The notes beneath the pieces were generated by a model that was not told the DNA's origin, ran no database searches, and saw only the letters and a program-made list of their open reading frames with translations. From the NCBI GenBank assembly GCA_951406725.2, contig OX597821.1:26598001-26662000 (forward strand): DNA of 64,000 nucleotides. The letters run 5' to 3'. The DNA is from Octopus vulgaris. Lineage: Eukaryota. The translations under genes and the position numbers were made by a program. Below, one piece after another: positions 26,814 through 39,544 of this stretch (positions within the stretch are counted from its first letter, which is position 1; every line of letters starts with the position of its first letter).

Positions 26814-27106
26814 TCACCGTGACCGACCAGGCTATCAGATGTTGCTATGCATCGCTGGTCACAATGCGCTTCGCATTGTTTTAGCTTTCAAATGACGCCA
26901 CCCCGCTGGCTAAGCGAGCAGGCCAACAGAAGAAAGAGGGTGAGAAATTTGTGGCGAAAGAGTACAGCAGGGATCGCCACCACCCACTGCCGGAGTTTTA
27001 GGTGTTTTCGCTCAATAAACACTCACAACGCCCGGTCTGGGAATCGAAACCGCGATCCTACGACCGCGAGTCCGCTGCCTTAACCACTGGGCCACTGCGC
27101 CTCCAC
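26814..27106 (-). mobile_element. tRNA-derived SINE (head shared with the 4098 family, different tail)
   Basis: About 26925-27106 matches about 4290-4480; 26814-26925 differs. Confidence 0.8.
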
Positions 27107-27429
<323 letters not shown>

Positions 27430-28183
27430 CCCTCATATATTATCCTGCATCCTTTCTGTTCTTTAAAAGAGACCATATGGGAATTTATTGTATGTTTATA
27501 CTCTCACTCTTCCCCTGTCTCTGCCTCTTTCTAGTGAAACTAGTTGACGCTATATTTCTCTCTGGGTGCTTAGAAACCTGTTATTGACTCTCAGAGTTTT
27601 TTTTTTTTTTTGCGAGGCTAAACTATGTTTATTAAATTAATGTTTATAACAAGGATAACAGATTTAATCCTAGACAACCTAGACGGCATCAGGAAAACGG
27701 TCACTCAACAGATCAGCATAAAATTATACACGGACATATTCCAGCCACAATGCCTTTTCTCTTCACCTTTTCTCCCGTCAGGATAATGACCCCTGCTCCT
27801 CGCAGTTGGCGGGAGTCATTCTCGTCTACTCAGGCATTTTCAGTTACTCATCTGTTTCCCTCTTATCGTCCATCTTGTGTCCAGTTTTCCAGATCTCCGC
27901 CTTGTGTCCATTGTTCACAGAACGTTGGTCTCTAAATTTCCTCCCTACGCAGGACTTTCCGATATTAATGGTATAAATCTGACTGATTTAAGGGAGTCCG
28001 TGCAAGCCATGGACACTGTCCCTTTCTCCAGATCCAGCAAGTGAAAAGAACCACATTATACATTATATAAGTAATATATAATGTTATATATATTCAATTA
28101 TCTCAATATTCAAAATATTATTATATGTAAATATATTATTTAATGTATCTTTTTATTTTATAAGAGAATATAAATAGCTTCAT

Positions 28184-28525
28184 CGTGAAGGCGCATGGCT
28201 CAGTGGTTAGAGCGTAGAGCTTACGATCATGAGGTTGTGAGCTCGAATCCCAGACCGGACTGCGTGTTGTGTTCTTGAGCAAGACACTTTATTTCACGTT
28301 GCTCCAGTCCACTCAGTTGGCAGAAAAGAGTTGCGACATCATTGATGCCAAGCTGTATCAGCCTTTGTCTTTCCCTTGGATAACACTGGTGGCGTGGAGA
28401 GAGGAGGCCGGTATGCATGGGCGACTGCTGGTTTTCCATAAATAGCCTTGCCCGAACTTATGCCTGGGAGGGTAACTTTCTACGTGCAATCCTATGGTCT
28501 GTGTCATGACCGAAGGGGGTCTCAG
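28184..28525 (+). mobile_element. tRNA-derived SINE about 370 bp upstream of gene A
   Basis: tRNA-like head GAAGGCGCATGGCTCAGTGGTTAGAGCG...CTCGAATCCC. TSD-like AAATAGC(T/G)TCAT at 28172-28183 and 28526-28537. Confidence 0.85.
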
Positions 28526-28897
28526 AAATAGCGTCATAGAGAATCAATCGTTGGCTAGACAAAGTATCGCGTTTTCTTTGTAACAACTAACAAGCATGGT
28601 CTAATGAGTAGCGTTTAAGTCAGCATTTCTTGTGCATGAACAACAATCAAAATGATAGTAACTGAACATAGAAAGATACATCAAAATAAGGTAAAGTGGG
28701 TCTAGAATTTTAACCACTTATTTCTTTTTAATGAAAATTTAATGATTTAATGTGTCTTATTTAATCAAAACTAATGATAAATTTGTATTAAACAGAGAAG
28801 AATTAAGATCAGACCCGAATAAGGCAAGAAGAAATATCGGAAAGTAAGTCCATTGTTGGCTCTGAAATTTTGTGCCGGTGACTTCGTAGTTAGCAAG

Positions 28898-29043
28898 ATG
28901 ACAAGTTATATCCATGAACCAGGTCGAATACCAGCTGTTTGGCAAACGATTCCTGAGAAACTAAAATGCTTGGCGGAAGAGCAGCCAAACAAATTAGCAT
29001 TTGTTGTATATAAAGAAAAAGACGATCGACAGCAATTGACGCG
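28898..29043 (+). CDS. Gene A coding exon 1: ANL-superfamily acyl-CoA synthetase-like (ACSF2/luciferase-like) enzyme
   Basis: ATG at 28898 gives [22 protein letters not shown]...RQQLTR. Donor CG|GTAACT at 29044, phase 2, matching acceptor TTTTCAG|A at 29612. Homologous to the gene B exon, also 146 nt. Confidence 0.93.
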
Positions 29044-29118
29044 GTAACTATCTATCTATCTGTCTATCTGTCTATGCGCCTGTCTCTCTGTCGATCTATC
29101 TGTCTGTCTGTCCCTTCG

Positions 29119-29200
<82 letters not shown>

Positions 29201-29278
29201 AGTCTGTCTGTCTGTGCGCCTGTCTCTCTGTCGATTTATCAGTCTGTCTGTCTGTCCCTTCGTCTGTCCATCTGTCCA

Positions 29279-29313
<35 letters not shown>

Positions 29314-29612
29314 CTCCTACTATCTGTCAGTCAATCAATCTATTTGTCTGTCCGTCTGTCTGACAGTTTGTTGCTCATTTCTTTTTTTCCGTTTTCTCCC
29401 CTTCATTTCTAATGTGTTAGCCGTTTTCTTCTTATATAATCTCGGGTTTCTTATTCTATTTGGAGGCTTTGAGAGAGAGAGAGAGAGAGCATCAGTTAGT
29501 GAGGCATAATATTTCCAGTAGTATTAAGAGTAATTAAAAAAGATGATGTTAGATCTCACCAATGCCTTGATATGTACACTATCTCACTTCTACCTTCCAT
29601 ATATATTTTCAG
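29044..29612 (+). other. Gene A intron (569 nt, phase 2), rich in (CTAT)/(CTGT) repeats
   Basis: GT..AG ends. Splicing gives the codon CGA (Arg) and a continuous 549-aa frame. Confidence 0.9.
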
Positions 29613-31116
29613 AAAAGAGGTGTATGACGGTACTGTGAAGTTTGCAAAAGCTCTTGTTAAGTTAGGCGTTAAGAAAGGAGATCACGTCGCTTTATGTATA
29701 TCCAACTGTGTAGACCTCATAATCTACGATACCGGAATTATAATGGCCGGAGCAGTTTCATTGAGGCTGAGTCTAAAGTCAGGAGATTTTAAAGACATTT
29801 TTTCCGGATGCAAAGCGGTGATATTTGACTCAAAAGATTCACTGGATAAATTTTGTGCAATTGCTCAAATTTCCGATGACGGTAAAGTAACTAGCGAAAT
29901 ATATCCGGAATTGAAGTTTGTCATCAATATATCCAACACATATTGCCCATCCAACGTTCTATCTGCCACAAACCTTATGTTGAATATCAATGACAGTGAG
30001 CAAGTCGACTTACCTAATTTGGACCCAGAAGACATCGCATTTATTTGCCAAACTTCCGGTAGTACAGGCCGACCCAAAAATATCTATCACACACATTATA
30101 ACTGGTTGAATAGCATAGTACATGCCATGGATGCAAGTAGTGTAACCTCAGATGATACAACATACAACACTCGTCCAATGATATACATCGGTGGATATCC
30201 ATTTGGGTTGTTTTCTGTTGGAACTACCCATGTAACTGGAAATGTTCAAATGCTAAACGACATTAAGAACTTAGAGTTTATTGAAAATATATGGAAAAAA
30301 GAAGGCTGTAATATACTTTGGCTTCTGCCACAGCATCTACAACTACTCAGAGACTGTGGGCATCGCGCAAAGGCTATTCTTACCGGTGGAGATATGCTTA
30401 CAAAAGAATCATTAATGCATTCCTTAAACTTTACTGAGCATATACAAATTGTGTATGGAAGTAGTGAAGCTACATTTTTAACTTCACGGGTATTTACAAA
30501 AAAAAATATTTCTGAACATCTTCCGAAAATGCTAGGGAGGCCTTTCCCCGATACAGAAATGAAGATTGTTGACGATAACGGAAAAACCGTTAATATAGGA
30601 GAGGTTGGCAATATTGAAGTTCGAAATAAATGGACAGCTAAAATAAACCTGGATGGCGATTCGACAAATACAAATGGCTGGCAGTCAATGTCAGATATAG
30701 GTTATATGACACCAGAGGGGGATTTTTTTCTAGTTGGAAGAAATACAGATTTTATCAAGAAGTCAACAGTGAAGGTACCTGTCAGACAAGTTGAGGAATA
30801 TGTCAGTCATCACCCTAGTGTAGAAGACGTAGTTGTGGTTCCGATACCGGATGAAGAAGTTGGTGAACGGGTGTGTGCGTGTATTACCATCCGAGATAAT
30901 CACGAATTCAATGAAGACGGGCTTAAAAAGTTCTGCTTGGAAATTATGCCACAGCAAAGCGGTTTTGATATTGTAACGCTGCACCCAGATTATTTCTTAC
31001 ATTTTACAAGCTTTCCATTATTAACCTCTCAGAAATTTGATAGAAGGTCAATTAAATCAACAGCAATTGCTTTAGTAGAAAAAAATATTAAGAAAAAAAA
31101 CTTTCTTCAGAACTGA
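29613..31116 (+). CDS. Gene A coding exon 2: AMP-binding and C-terminal domains (spliced protein 549 aa)
   Basis: Uninterrupted ORF with A3 P-loop QTSGSTGRPK, A5 YGSSE, A7 SDIG, A8 GRNTDFIK and A10 PLLTSQKF. Confidence 0.96.
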
Positions 31117-31599
31117 ATCCGGAATAATTCATAGTCGGTTGCTGAAATTAACCTGGAATGGATATTTATTCTTAGAATTTATTTCGTTACAACTCTGAAT
31201 TAGTAACGGAGAATGTTTTAGTTCTCGAAATTCTTCCCTTATTTTATATTTCTACTTCCAATCCATTCAAAGCATTCAGACAGGAATCTTTCCAAATATC
31301 AAAAGCAACATTTTAATTATTGTCAACTAATTCCGACATATCTACATTCATCAATGATTGATAAATTAATTAAAATAGTAGCCTTGAAGAAAACAAATGT
31401 TGAGTATACTGCGATTTATAATGCTTTTTGAAATATTTGATTCCAATGTCTTTACTATAATAATTGTTACTTACACTGATTCACAACAATGTTGACAGAA
31501 TCTTCACGGTATTTGTTCCGATTCTCTTCGTTCCGAGTTCAAATTTCACTGAGGACGTCGTCGCTCTTCCCTGTCACTAATCTCTTTTAAAACTCCAAT

Positions 31600-31845
31600 G
31601 TGGAACTTCTTCCGAGCGCATTGCTTGGATGGTAAAGGGTTGCGGGCGCTTGCCGACACTCCAGGTGCCAAGCGCTCTTTCTCGTCTACGCTTGATCTAG
31701 GTGTTAGGTGACGAGCTGGGTGGCCAGTCTCACGCAGAAATGGCAGAGAGGAAGCTGTCTCTGAAGGGTCGGGCGGAGGTGGCGAATGCGTACATCGCTT
31801 CCGTCATCTACAACCACTTGACTGTCGCCCCTTTCCCTGCATCGT
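31600..31845 (+). mobile_element. Tx1-like LINE fragment (same family as 46-2915)
   Basis: 31735-31830 matches 1629-1720. Confidence 0.8.
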
Positions 31846-32646
31846 AGCTTACTTTTCCTTTCATCTTTTCGACAAAAAAAGTTTAATGAAAAAGAGTTGA
31901 TAAAAATATTTAAAAAAATGTATAACAATTTAAGTTGCTGGATTGACAAAACAGCAAAACTACAGACTGTATTTGTTATTCTGAGTTCGAATCCCGCTCT
32001 GTCCTACTTGGCTACTAGACTTCACCTGTCGGCCGGCTTAATACTATCACCGTGGGTGCTTTTAGCAGAGTCCATTCTATTGGATGCAAACATTCGGGTC
32101 GGTCTTCCAGTTTAAGAACACTTCCATCTCATCATTCTCGAAGGTCTTGAAACGGGTCTTTCTCTCCCATTAAAAGATATATAAAAGAATACTAATAATT
32201 TCTTAAATATTGTCATTTCAATAAGTTTTAAATGTGGGAAGTCTAGTCGTGCGAATCGACATCAATACTTGACAGTTTCTTATTTTACCAACCCCAAAAG
32301 AACAAGCAAAAAGGAGAAAAAGCAAGACCGATCTTTGCGGGACTTGAACTTTAAAAAAAAATGTAAAATAACAGAATCTAGTAATCTAATTCATCTATGC
32401 TGACATTAAACTAGTCCTACCAAATTGCTCGCAAGCCTACGCAATAACTATGTAAGAGTACTTATTAGTCACATGTTATCACTCCAAAACCAACTGATAT
32501 TTGAAAGGCAATTACGAATTTTCAGTCTATTATATACTTTCATTTATATAATAAATATCCGCTGGTATATCTTAAATTTCTAATAAAATTGTTATTTCAC
32601 CACCACAGTAATTAAAGTTGTTTTTTTTAAAAAAAAATTTCTGTAA

Positions 32647-32791
32647 TATTAGGTTGTCCCAAAAGTTCGTAAACACTTGCGAAAATTGAATTTTTACTTG
32701 CCAAGTACTAACAAAAACAACAAAAATTATTCCTCAAAATAAAGACCATTATTTTCCAAGACTTTCTACGAACTTTTGGGACAACCTTATA
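32647..32791. mobile_element. Tc1/mariner-type MITE (about 145 bp)
   Basis: TIRs TATTAGGTTGTCCCAAAAGTTCGTA / TACGAACTTTTGGGACAACCTTATA with TA ends. Confidence 0.88.
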
Positions 32792-33155
32792 GTAATATGA
32801 TAAATAATATCTTTTAAAACTAGTTCCTAAATATTAATATTGTAATTAAAAGAGTTTCGGTATATAATTTCGCTGGCAGAAAGTAAGGACAGAATAGCAA
32901 CTGTGAACTGTTTTTTTTTTTTACCGATCGGAAATGATTTCACTCCAGTCATGTCGCTAATGCACTTCCAAAAAGCATGAAACCTTCAATTGCTAATACG
33001 TACAGATTTCCAAATACAAATATTCAATAACGCATGTTCAGTAATAAATACTATGATATATTATATTATAGAGTACACTTTCTATACATACATAGATACA
33101 TGCATACATACATGCATGCATACATACATACATACATACATACATACATACAAAC

Positions 33156-33990
33156 GGTACCGCGCAAAAGTCTTCGACTACTTTAAACAATTGTAAATTT
33201 CAATTAATTACCAACTTATACGTGGATGTTTCGCACTGCGCTTTTTTACAGATGAAACATTGACCCTGTCGGAGTCATTTCTATACCTAATCATTATATT
33301 TTGTAGTAGTGGTTCCAAATGAGAGAGGAAAATGCGAGACGACCACCGAAAATGACCATGCAAAACCTTTCGGCCACCTCACATAAACCAATCAAGATAC
33401 ACTGTGTTAAAACAGAAAAAAAATGTCTATAGTGAAAATTTATTACATAATGTTCATTTGAATAAGTTACTGTATATTGTTAATATTTCATGTAGCTTCT
33501 CTTAGCTTGAATAATTGCTTCAATGCATACAAATCCTTCACGATCTTCATAGGTATGAGATACCATTCTCTGTGGCTGAGCTCCCACAACTCTTCAAGAT
33601 TGCTTGGATTCTTCTGACGAACTCTTCTCTTTACTTCTGTCCACATTTGCTCGATGATATTTAAGACAGGGCTCTGAGCTGGGCAATCTGTCAATAAGGT
33701 AACACCTTTATCAGCCAGACTCTGTTGTGTTGCACGGGATCTGTGACATGGAATTCTGTCATGCTGAAAAATCTCACCTCCATCCAAGTCTGGTATCAAA
33801 TTCTCCTTCAGCAACTGGATGTATTTTGGCACTGTTCAAGTTACCGTCAATTTTAGCCAAATTTCTTGAACCACCACTTTTTATGTATCCCCAAAGCATC
33901 AGACTCTTACTCGCAAACTTCACTGTTTTCGTCGTGAAGCGTGGGTTGTTTTGCTTTCCTGGAGGCCTTCTGACAAAGCGAAACGACACA
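33156..33990 (-). mobile_element. Tc1-like transposon 3' half
   Basis: LMLWGYIKSGG...IFQHDRIPCH...PAQSPVLNIIEQMW (DDE catalytic region), frameshifted. Confidence 0.88.
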
Positions 33991-34339
33991 ATAATAATAA
34001 TAATAATAATAATAGTATACCCGATATAAATCTATCAACAGCAAAAAAGAACGATATCATTTGTCTCTGTGCGGTCATACAAAAGACCATATATAGTAAA
34101 TCTTTAAACTTTACTATCTAAAACTCGCTTCCTTTTCTTTTTGACTCCCTCTTAGTATTCGAAAATGTAAGCATCCTTTTCATTGCAAAAGTTCTACTGT
34201 ATTCTCCAACTGGACAAACAAACGAACATCTCAAGAAAACTTAAAAACTTTAATATATTACCCAAATACGTAAATGCATCTTTTATTGCAACAACACAAA
34301 TGAATTCAGAAATTCAAAAATTCAACGACGTGAATATCA

Positions 34340-34384
<45 letters not shown>

Positions 34385-34390
<6 letters not shown>

Positions 34391-34840
34391 AGGGCATTAT
34401 TACATAAATGCCACACGCTAGGAGGGACTCATAAAGTTAAAACTACTAAAATAAATAATCACATCGTACCGAATGCAACTCTCGACGCAAGTTATTTAAA
34501 AACAGAATTCAGCTGCAGATCACTGTGATTTCATAATCAGTGCAGTGGTGCACTCTTTACTCATCAGTGCAAGCATAATTCAAGATTTATAATAAACAAA
34601 ATCAACATACCAGGCAAACAACTATCGTATCCAACGTAGTATATCCAACGTAGTATATTTGAGTAAAGAGTGCACCACTGCATTGATTATGAAATCACAG
34701 TGATCTGCAGCTGAATTCTGTTTTTAAATGACTTGTTTCTAGTGTTGCATTCGGTACTGTGTGTTTATTTATTTTAGTGGTTTTGACTTTAAGAGTCCCC
34801 CCTAGCATGTGGCATTTATATATAATAATGCCCTCTATAT
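34385..34840. repeat. About 178-bp inverted repeat beside (TA)n carrying a hammerhead; Penelope pLTR-like
   Basis: 34385-34563 is the reverse complement of 34660-34840. Confidence 0.9.
34512..34574 (-). ncRNA. Type I hammerhead ribozyme with canonical core
   Basis: gcttgca-CTGATGA-gtaa ag agtgca ccac tgcact ga ttat-GAAA-tcac a gtga-TC-tgcagc. All core nucleotides and three stems are present; AUC cleavage triplet. Confidence 0.8.
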
Positions 34841-35599
34841 AATATAAATAAATACATTTAAGTGAAAAAATTGCTGGATTTTTTCCCTTATGAGGTTTTT
34901 TACGCTGACTACTTGATAAATTCTTATGAAGATTTTATCCTATTTTAAAATTATATATGTATACATATATGTATATATATTATTGTTTTTTTCTACCAGT
35001 AATTACAAATAGAACAGGTTGAATTGCTTCTTTTCAAGGCAGCGCTGTCAGTGGTCACTGGTAGTTGTAAACACATTTGATCTCTGCTGACCCAAAAGAT
35101 GAGAAGATTCTTTTGTTTCTATGGCTGACCTCCCCACCATCTGCCGAATCTATTTATAGATCTGTAGAATATGATATATTCACCAAGCTACTCCCCGACT
35201 ATTTCCTTCAACAATCACATGACAAAAGTTGAAAATAAAGAACATTTAGTAAAATCTTTTAATAAAAAATGGAAATAGTAATAATGATAATAACAATAGT
35301 AGTGGTAGTGATAGTGATAATGATAAAAATAAAAATAAAAATAATATGCTGCAGCTGCTAATACTATAAATACTACTATTATGATAGCACAGGAATCTGA
35401 GGCCCATCTATTACCCTAACCACTACACTGCCCCTGCTACTGTTGCTGTTGTTGCAAACACTGCTGCTACTACACATGAAAGTAATAATATCAGTGATAT
35501 CAGTGATGATAATAATAATAATCATAAAGAAAGGAAACGAGTGGAACCTCTCCATGGACTGATTAATGATACATCTAGTGATGGTGTCACAATAAAAAT

Positions 35600-38500
35600 A
35601 CTGGTAATTGCGCAACCTGATAATCGCTACCTCATATGAGTGACAATGGAAAAACAAAATATTGTGAATAACGGGGGCAATGAAACTGAAGCTAATGATG
35701 GTGACAGAGTTGCACCCGGCAGGCTCAGAGATTCTGGTCCGGCTCCAGCCTGTAGATATCCAGAAAGGGACCACCACACACGGCGTAGATGGAGCAAGTA
35801 AATTAATGCTGTGGTCATGGAGTGTTATCTGAGCAATGGTGAAAATGGTGCTCAAATTAGGGGTTACCGACAACGTATTGGAGAGAAAAGGGATTGTTTC
35901 AACTCACAGAACACAGGCTATGTGATCAAGCTAGAGCGATAAGAAAAAAAACGTTGGTTCACAGAAGTAGAGCTCGAAGCTATCAAAAGACGGGTCTTGG
36001 AAAATAGCAGCAGAGATAACGATGAAAATACAGTTCTTACTAATAAGAGTAATCTCATAGCACAGGAAAGAAGCAGTGGTAGTTTAATTGCTGAGAGACA
36101 TATAGATGTTTTAAAAGAAGATAAAAAAGACTAATGGCGATATGACAGATGAACAAAAGGCAATCTACGACAGAATAAAAGCAAGACTACAGGAGAACGA
36201 TAGCGACATTTTTTGCAACCTTAAAAAGGTTGACCGATGGAAATTGAACCAAGAAACGAAAAATGTCAATGAAACATCACAGAAACAAATAATTTGATCA
36301 AGGCAGCAAGTATTGCTGTGGCAGAAAATGTGGGTGTCGATGTCAAGAAAAAGAAACAATGGGAGTGACAAAAGAAAAAGATCCATGGTGGAAAAGAAGA
36401 ATCCAGGCAGGGTTAGACATGCTCTCGAAAGAAATCTCTGTGTTAGACCGAAAAGAGAAAAGGGAGCTTAAAAGCGAACAAAAATACAGGGCGCTGAAAA
36501 GGAAGTATAATATTGAAAGAAAGGGCCTGAAAGTAGTAATAGAGTAACTGAAACGGCGCATCGCTGCAAAGAAAGCAAAGACGGTAAGATACGACCAACG
36601 GATGAAAGATTACCAGCAGAATAGGTTATTCAGAGTAGATCAGAAGAGATTCTATAAAGAAATAAATGGAGAGTGTACAGATGAAAAGTTGATATCAGAT
36701 AACAATGAAAGCCAAAGGTTTTTGGACTGACATCTGGAGCAAATACAAGGACCACAAGAAGGAGGCTGAAGGAACTGAAACAAACAGTAGTCTGTCCAAA
36801 ACAGGCAGAACTAGTCATTTCAGTTAGGGAAGTGAAGGAAATCAGCAAACAAAAATAGGCAATTAGATGCCCCGGGACCAGATGAAGTTCAAGGCTATTG
36901 GATCAAAAGATTTGATGAATGTTATGCACGAATAGCTACGCAACTCAACATCTTGTTAAGTTCCCATCAAGCAACTCCAGAGTGGTTGTCATTGGGTAGG
37001 ACAGTGCTGTGCCTGAAAAACATCGGAAAAGACTATACGGTAGACAATTATAAGCCGATATCCTGTTTGCCACTTATGTGGAAGTTATTGACTGGAATAC
37101 TCGCAGAGTCAATGTACGAACATCTGGAAAAAATGGAGTCCTGCCACATGAGCAGAAGGGTTGCAAGCGTAAGGGCAGAGGGACCAAGGATCAATTCCTG
37201 ATAGATAAAACTGTACTCAAAGACTGCAAGAGGAAGAAAAGTAACTTAGCCATGTCATGGATTATGGAGTGTATGAACCTGTTTGAGATTGCATCGAATG
37301 CTGAGCGATTGCTTGGAAAAAGTATGGCGAATTGGAGGACGGACCTGACAGCATATGGAAGAAGTTTAGGGACAGTTGGGCATCTTCCAAGGGGTCTGCC
37401 TGTCCCCACTGATCTTTGTACTGTGTTTGATACCACTAACACTGATTCTGAGCATAGCAAAACCATTTGTTATTCATGGATGACCTCAAACTTTATGGTA
37501 AAGATGAAGCCCAAGTCAGTTCTCTCGTTGATACTCGTGTTCCCTCGTGTATACCTTCAGTGCTGATATCAGAATTGAGTTCGCACTCAGAAAGTGTGGT
37601 GTGTTTGTCTTGAAGAGAGGCAAAATCAAATGTATGGACGGGCTAACGATAGAAGAGACGGGCTATAAGTAATTGGGGATTTTGGAAATGGATAAATTGA
37701 TGGAGAAAGAAATAACAAAAATTTAAGAGGGAGTACTTGCGCAGACTGAGATAAATCCTTAAGTCGAAATTAAACGGACGGAATAAGCCTGAAACTATCA
37801 ACACCTGGGCAGTTTCACCCCTTAGATATGGAGCAGGGGTAATCGGATGGACAGTAGACGAACTAAACAACTTAGACAGAAAGGCAAGGAAGTTACTAAT
37901 TAGATATGGGACACTCCACTCAAAAAGTGACACAGACAGACTGTATGTACCAAGAAAAAGAGGGGGGAAGAGGACTTATTGGATGTGAATACAGCATTAA
38001 AGCAGAAGAAAACAACATAGCATGGTATGAAAAAATGTCACAGAACCGCTAGGCTTGTGTAGGATGAAATACTGCAAAGATAAAGCACTGTACAAGAAAT
38101 TTAAATCGAATGAAACTGAAAATAGGTGAGTAAAGAAAAGAATGCATGGTCAATTTCGTAGGAATGTTGAAGATAAGACAGAGAAAAAAGATGGTTGTGG
38201 ATGACCAAAAGTGATTTAAAACTGGGAACGTAGGCTCTAATCTGTGCTGCCCAAGAGCAAGCACTAAGAACAAACTACATAAAATATAGAATAGACAACG
38301 CATCAGAAAGTGATAGATGCAGAATCTGTGGAACCAAAGGCATCGTCGAAAATGAAAATGCAAAGATCCTATGGGATTTCATGATTCTGTGCGACCATGA
38401 GATAGAGAATAGGTTGCCGGACATAGTCTTAATTGAGAAAGAAAACAAACTATGCTGAATCATAGATATAGTATGCCCAGCTGACAACAAGGTATGCGAT

Positions 38501-38795
38501 AAGGAAGAAAGAAAAGTCAAGAGATATGACAGGTTAGCTTGGGAAGTTAAGCTGCTGTGGTCGATGAAAAAGGTAGCAGTAGTAGCAATAATTGTCGGAG
38601 CCCTGGGAACAGTAAGCAAAAATCTCGAGATGTACGTTGAACAAATAGGGGCTGCAATAAGGGTGGATCACTTGCAGAAAACAGCACTGCTTGGAACCGC
38701 CCGAATACTCCGGAAGGTGCTCGAAAAATAAGGTGTTACCTTAGTCAGTGAACAGCTGACACCGCAGTACATCTCCGGCGTTAGAAGCTGTGCAG
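35600..38795 (+). mobile_element. Near full-length decayed R4/Dong-clade non-LTR retrotransposon (RT plus restriction-like endonuclease)
   Basis: DPWWKRRIQ; [27 protein letters not shown]; [17 protein letters not shown]; [13 protein letters not shown]; RLPDIVLIEK. Ends in (CAA)/(TAA)n at 38796-38860. Confidence 0.9.
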
Positions 38796-38814
38796 CAACA
38801 ACAACAACAATAAC

Positions 38815-38860
<46 letters not shown>

Positions 38861-38862
<2 letters not shown>

Positions 38863-39530
38863 CAGAGATGTTTAACATGTGAGAGCGGTAAAAAACTGCT
38901 CCGAAATCTATCCAAAAACATCGAGAATAAAGACTTCACATGGAGCCAAAAATAGTTGACAAAATGTTGGACTATATCCAAGTAAGTAATACTCATTGAA
39001 ATTTATTACTATTTTCAAAATGAAATTATGTATTTTAACTGTATATCGTTTCCACAGCTCGCACAGCACATGTAAACACGCTTGCCACATTACGATCCAA
39101 TCAAAACCAGACCATCTCCGTCCCCAAACACCATGTACAAAAAAATTAAATAAATAAAAATAAATTAAATAATGCCGGTATTATTCAACCCAAGAATAAC
39201 AATCAGGAAGTGCATACTTTAAACTTGTTACACAAAAAGTACGAAAAACTACACCTGCAAAACAATTTAACACCAGAAATGAAAGGACCGGTACCCTACG
39301 AAAAAGACTACCGTCAAAATAAAGGCCGGACGTTATTCCTCATTTCCCGCAAATAAAATCAAAAAGCATAAATGGACACGCGAGGAATATATTTCAATCC
39401 TACACGCTTATTCTATAGCAGTGCTCTACCCAAAGAACGAAAACATCACAACATATACATATAAAATCTGGAACAAAAATAACCTAACTAAAGACCTGGA
39501 TACAGCATTAAACCCTCATAAAGTAGCTAA
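38861..39530 (+). mobile_element. 5' end of a second R4/Dong-like family
   Basis: Starts after (AAT)n; KHKWTREEYISILHAY. Inverted match to about 58860-59510. Confidence 0.75.
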
Positions 39531-39544
39531 AATCTTTTTTTTCT

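Noticed and set aside
28184-28260. tRNA gene (also at 4410-4480, 8754, 22443 and 27040)
   Set aside because: The tRNA-like heads run into SINE bodies, some with TSDs, and show no convincing acceptor stem or terminator.
28844-28893. Mini-intron in the gene A 5' UTR (GTAAGT...TAG)
   Set aside because: Only 46-50 nt with a weak polypyrimidine tract; it cannot be supported without transcripts.
29572-29612. ORF-track start MYTISLLPSIYIF for gene A (and MFILFFYF for gene B)
   Set aside because: These are intron polypyrimidine tracts read in frame; the real N-termini come from the 146-nt upstream exons.
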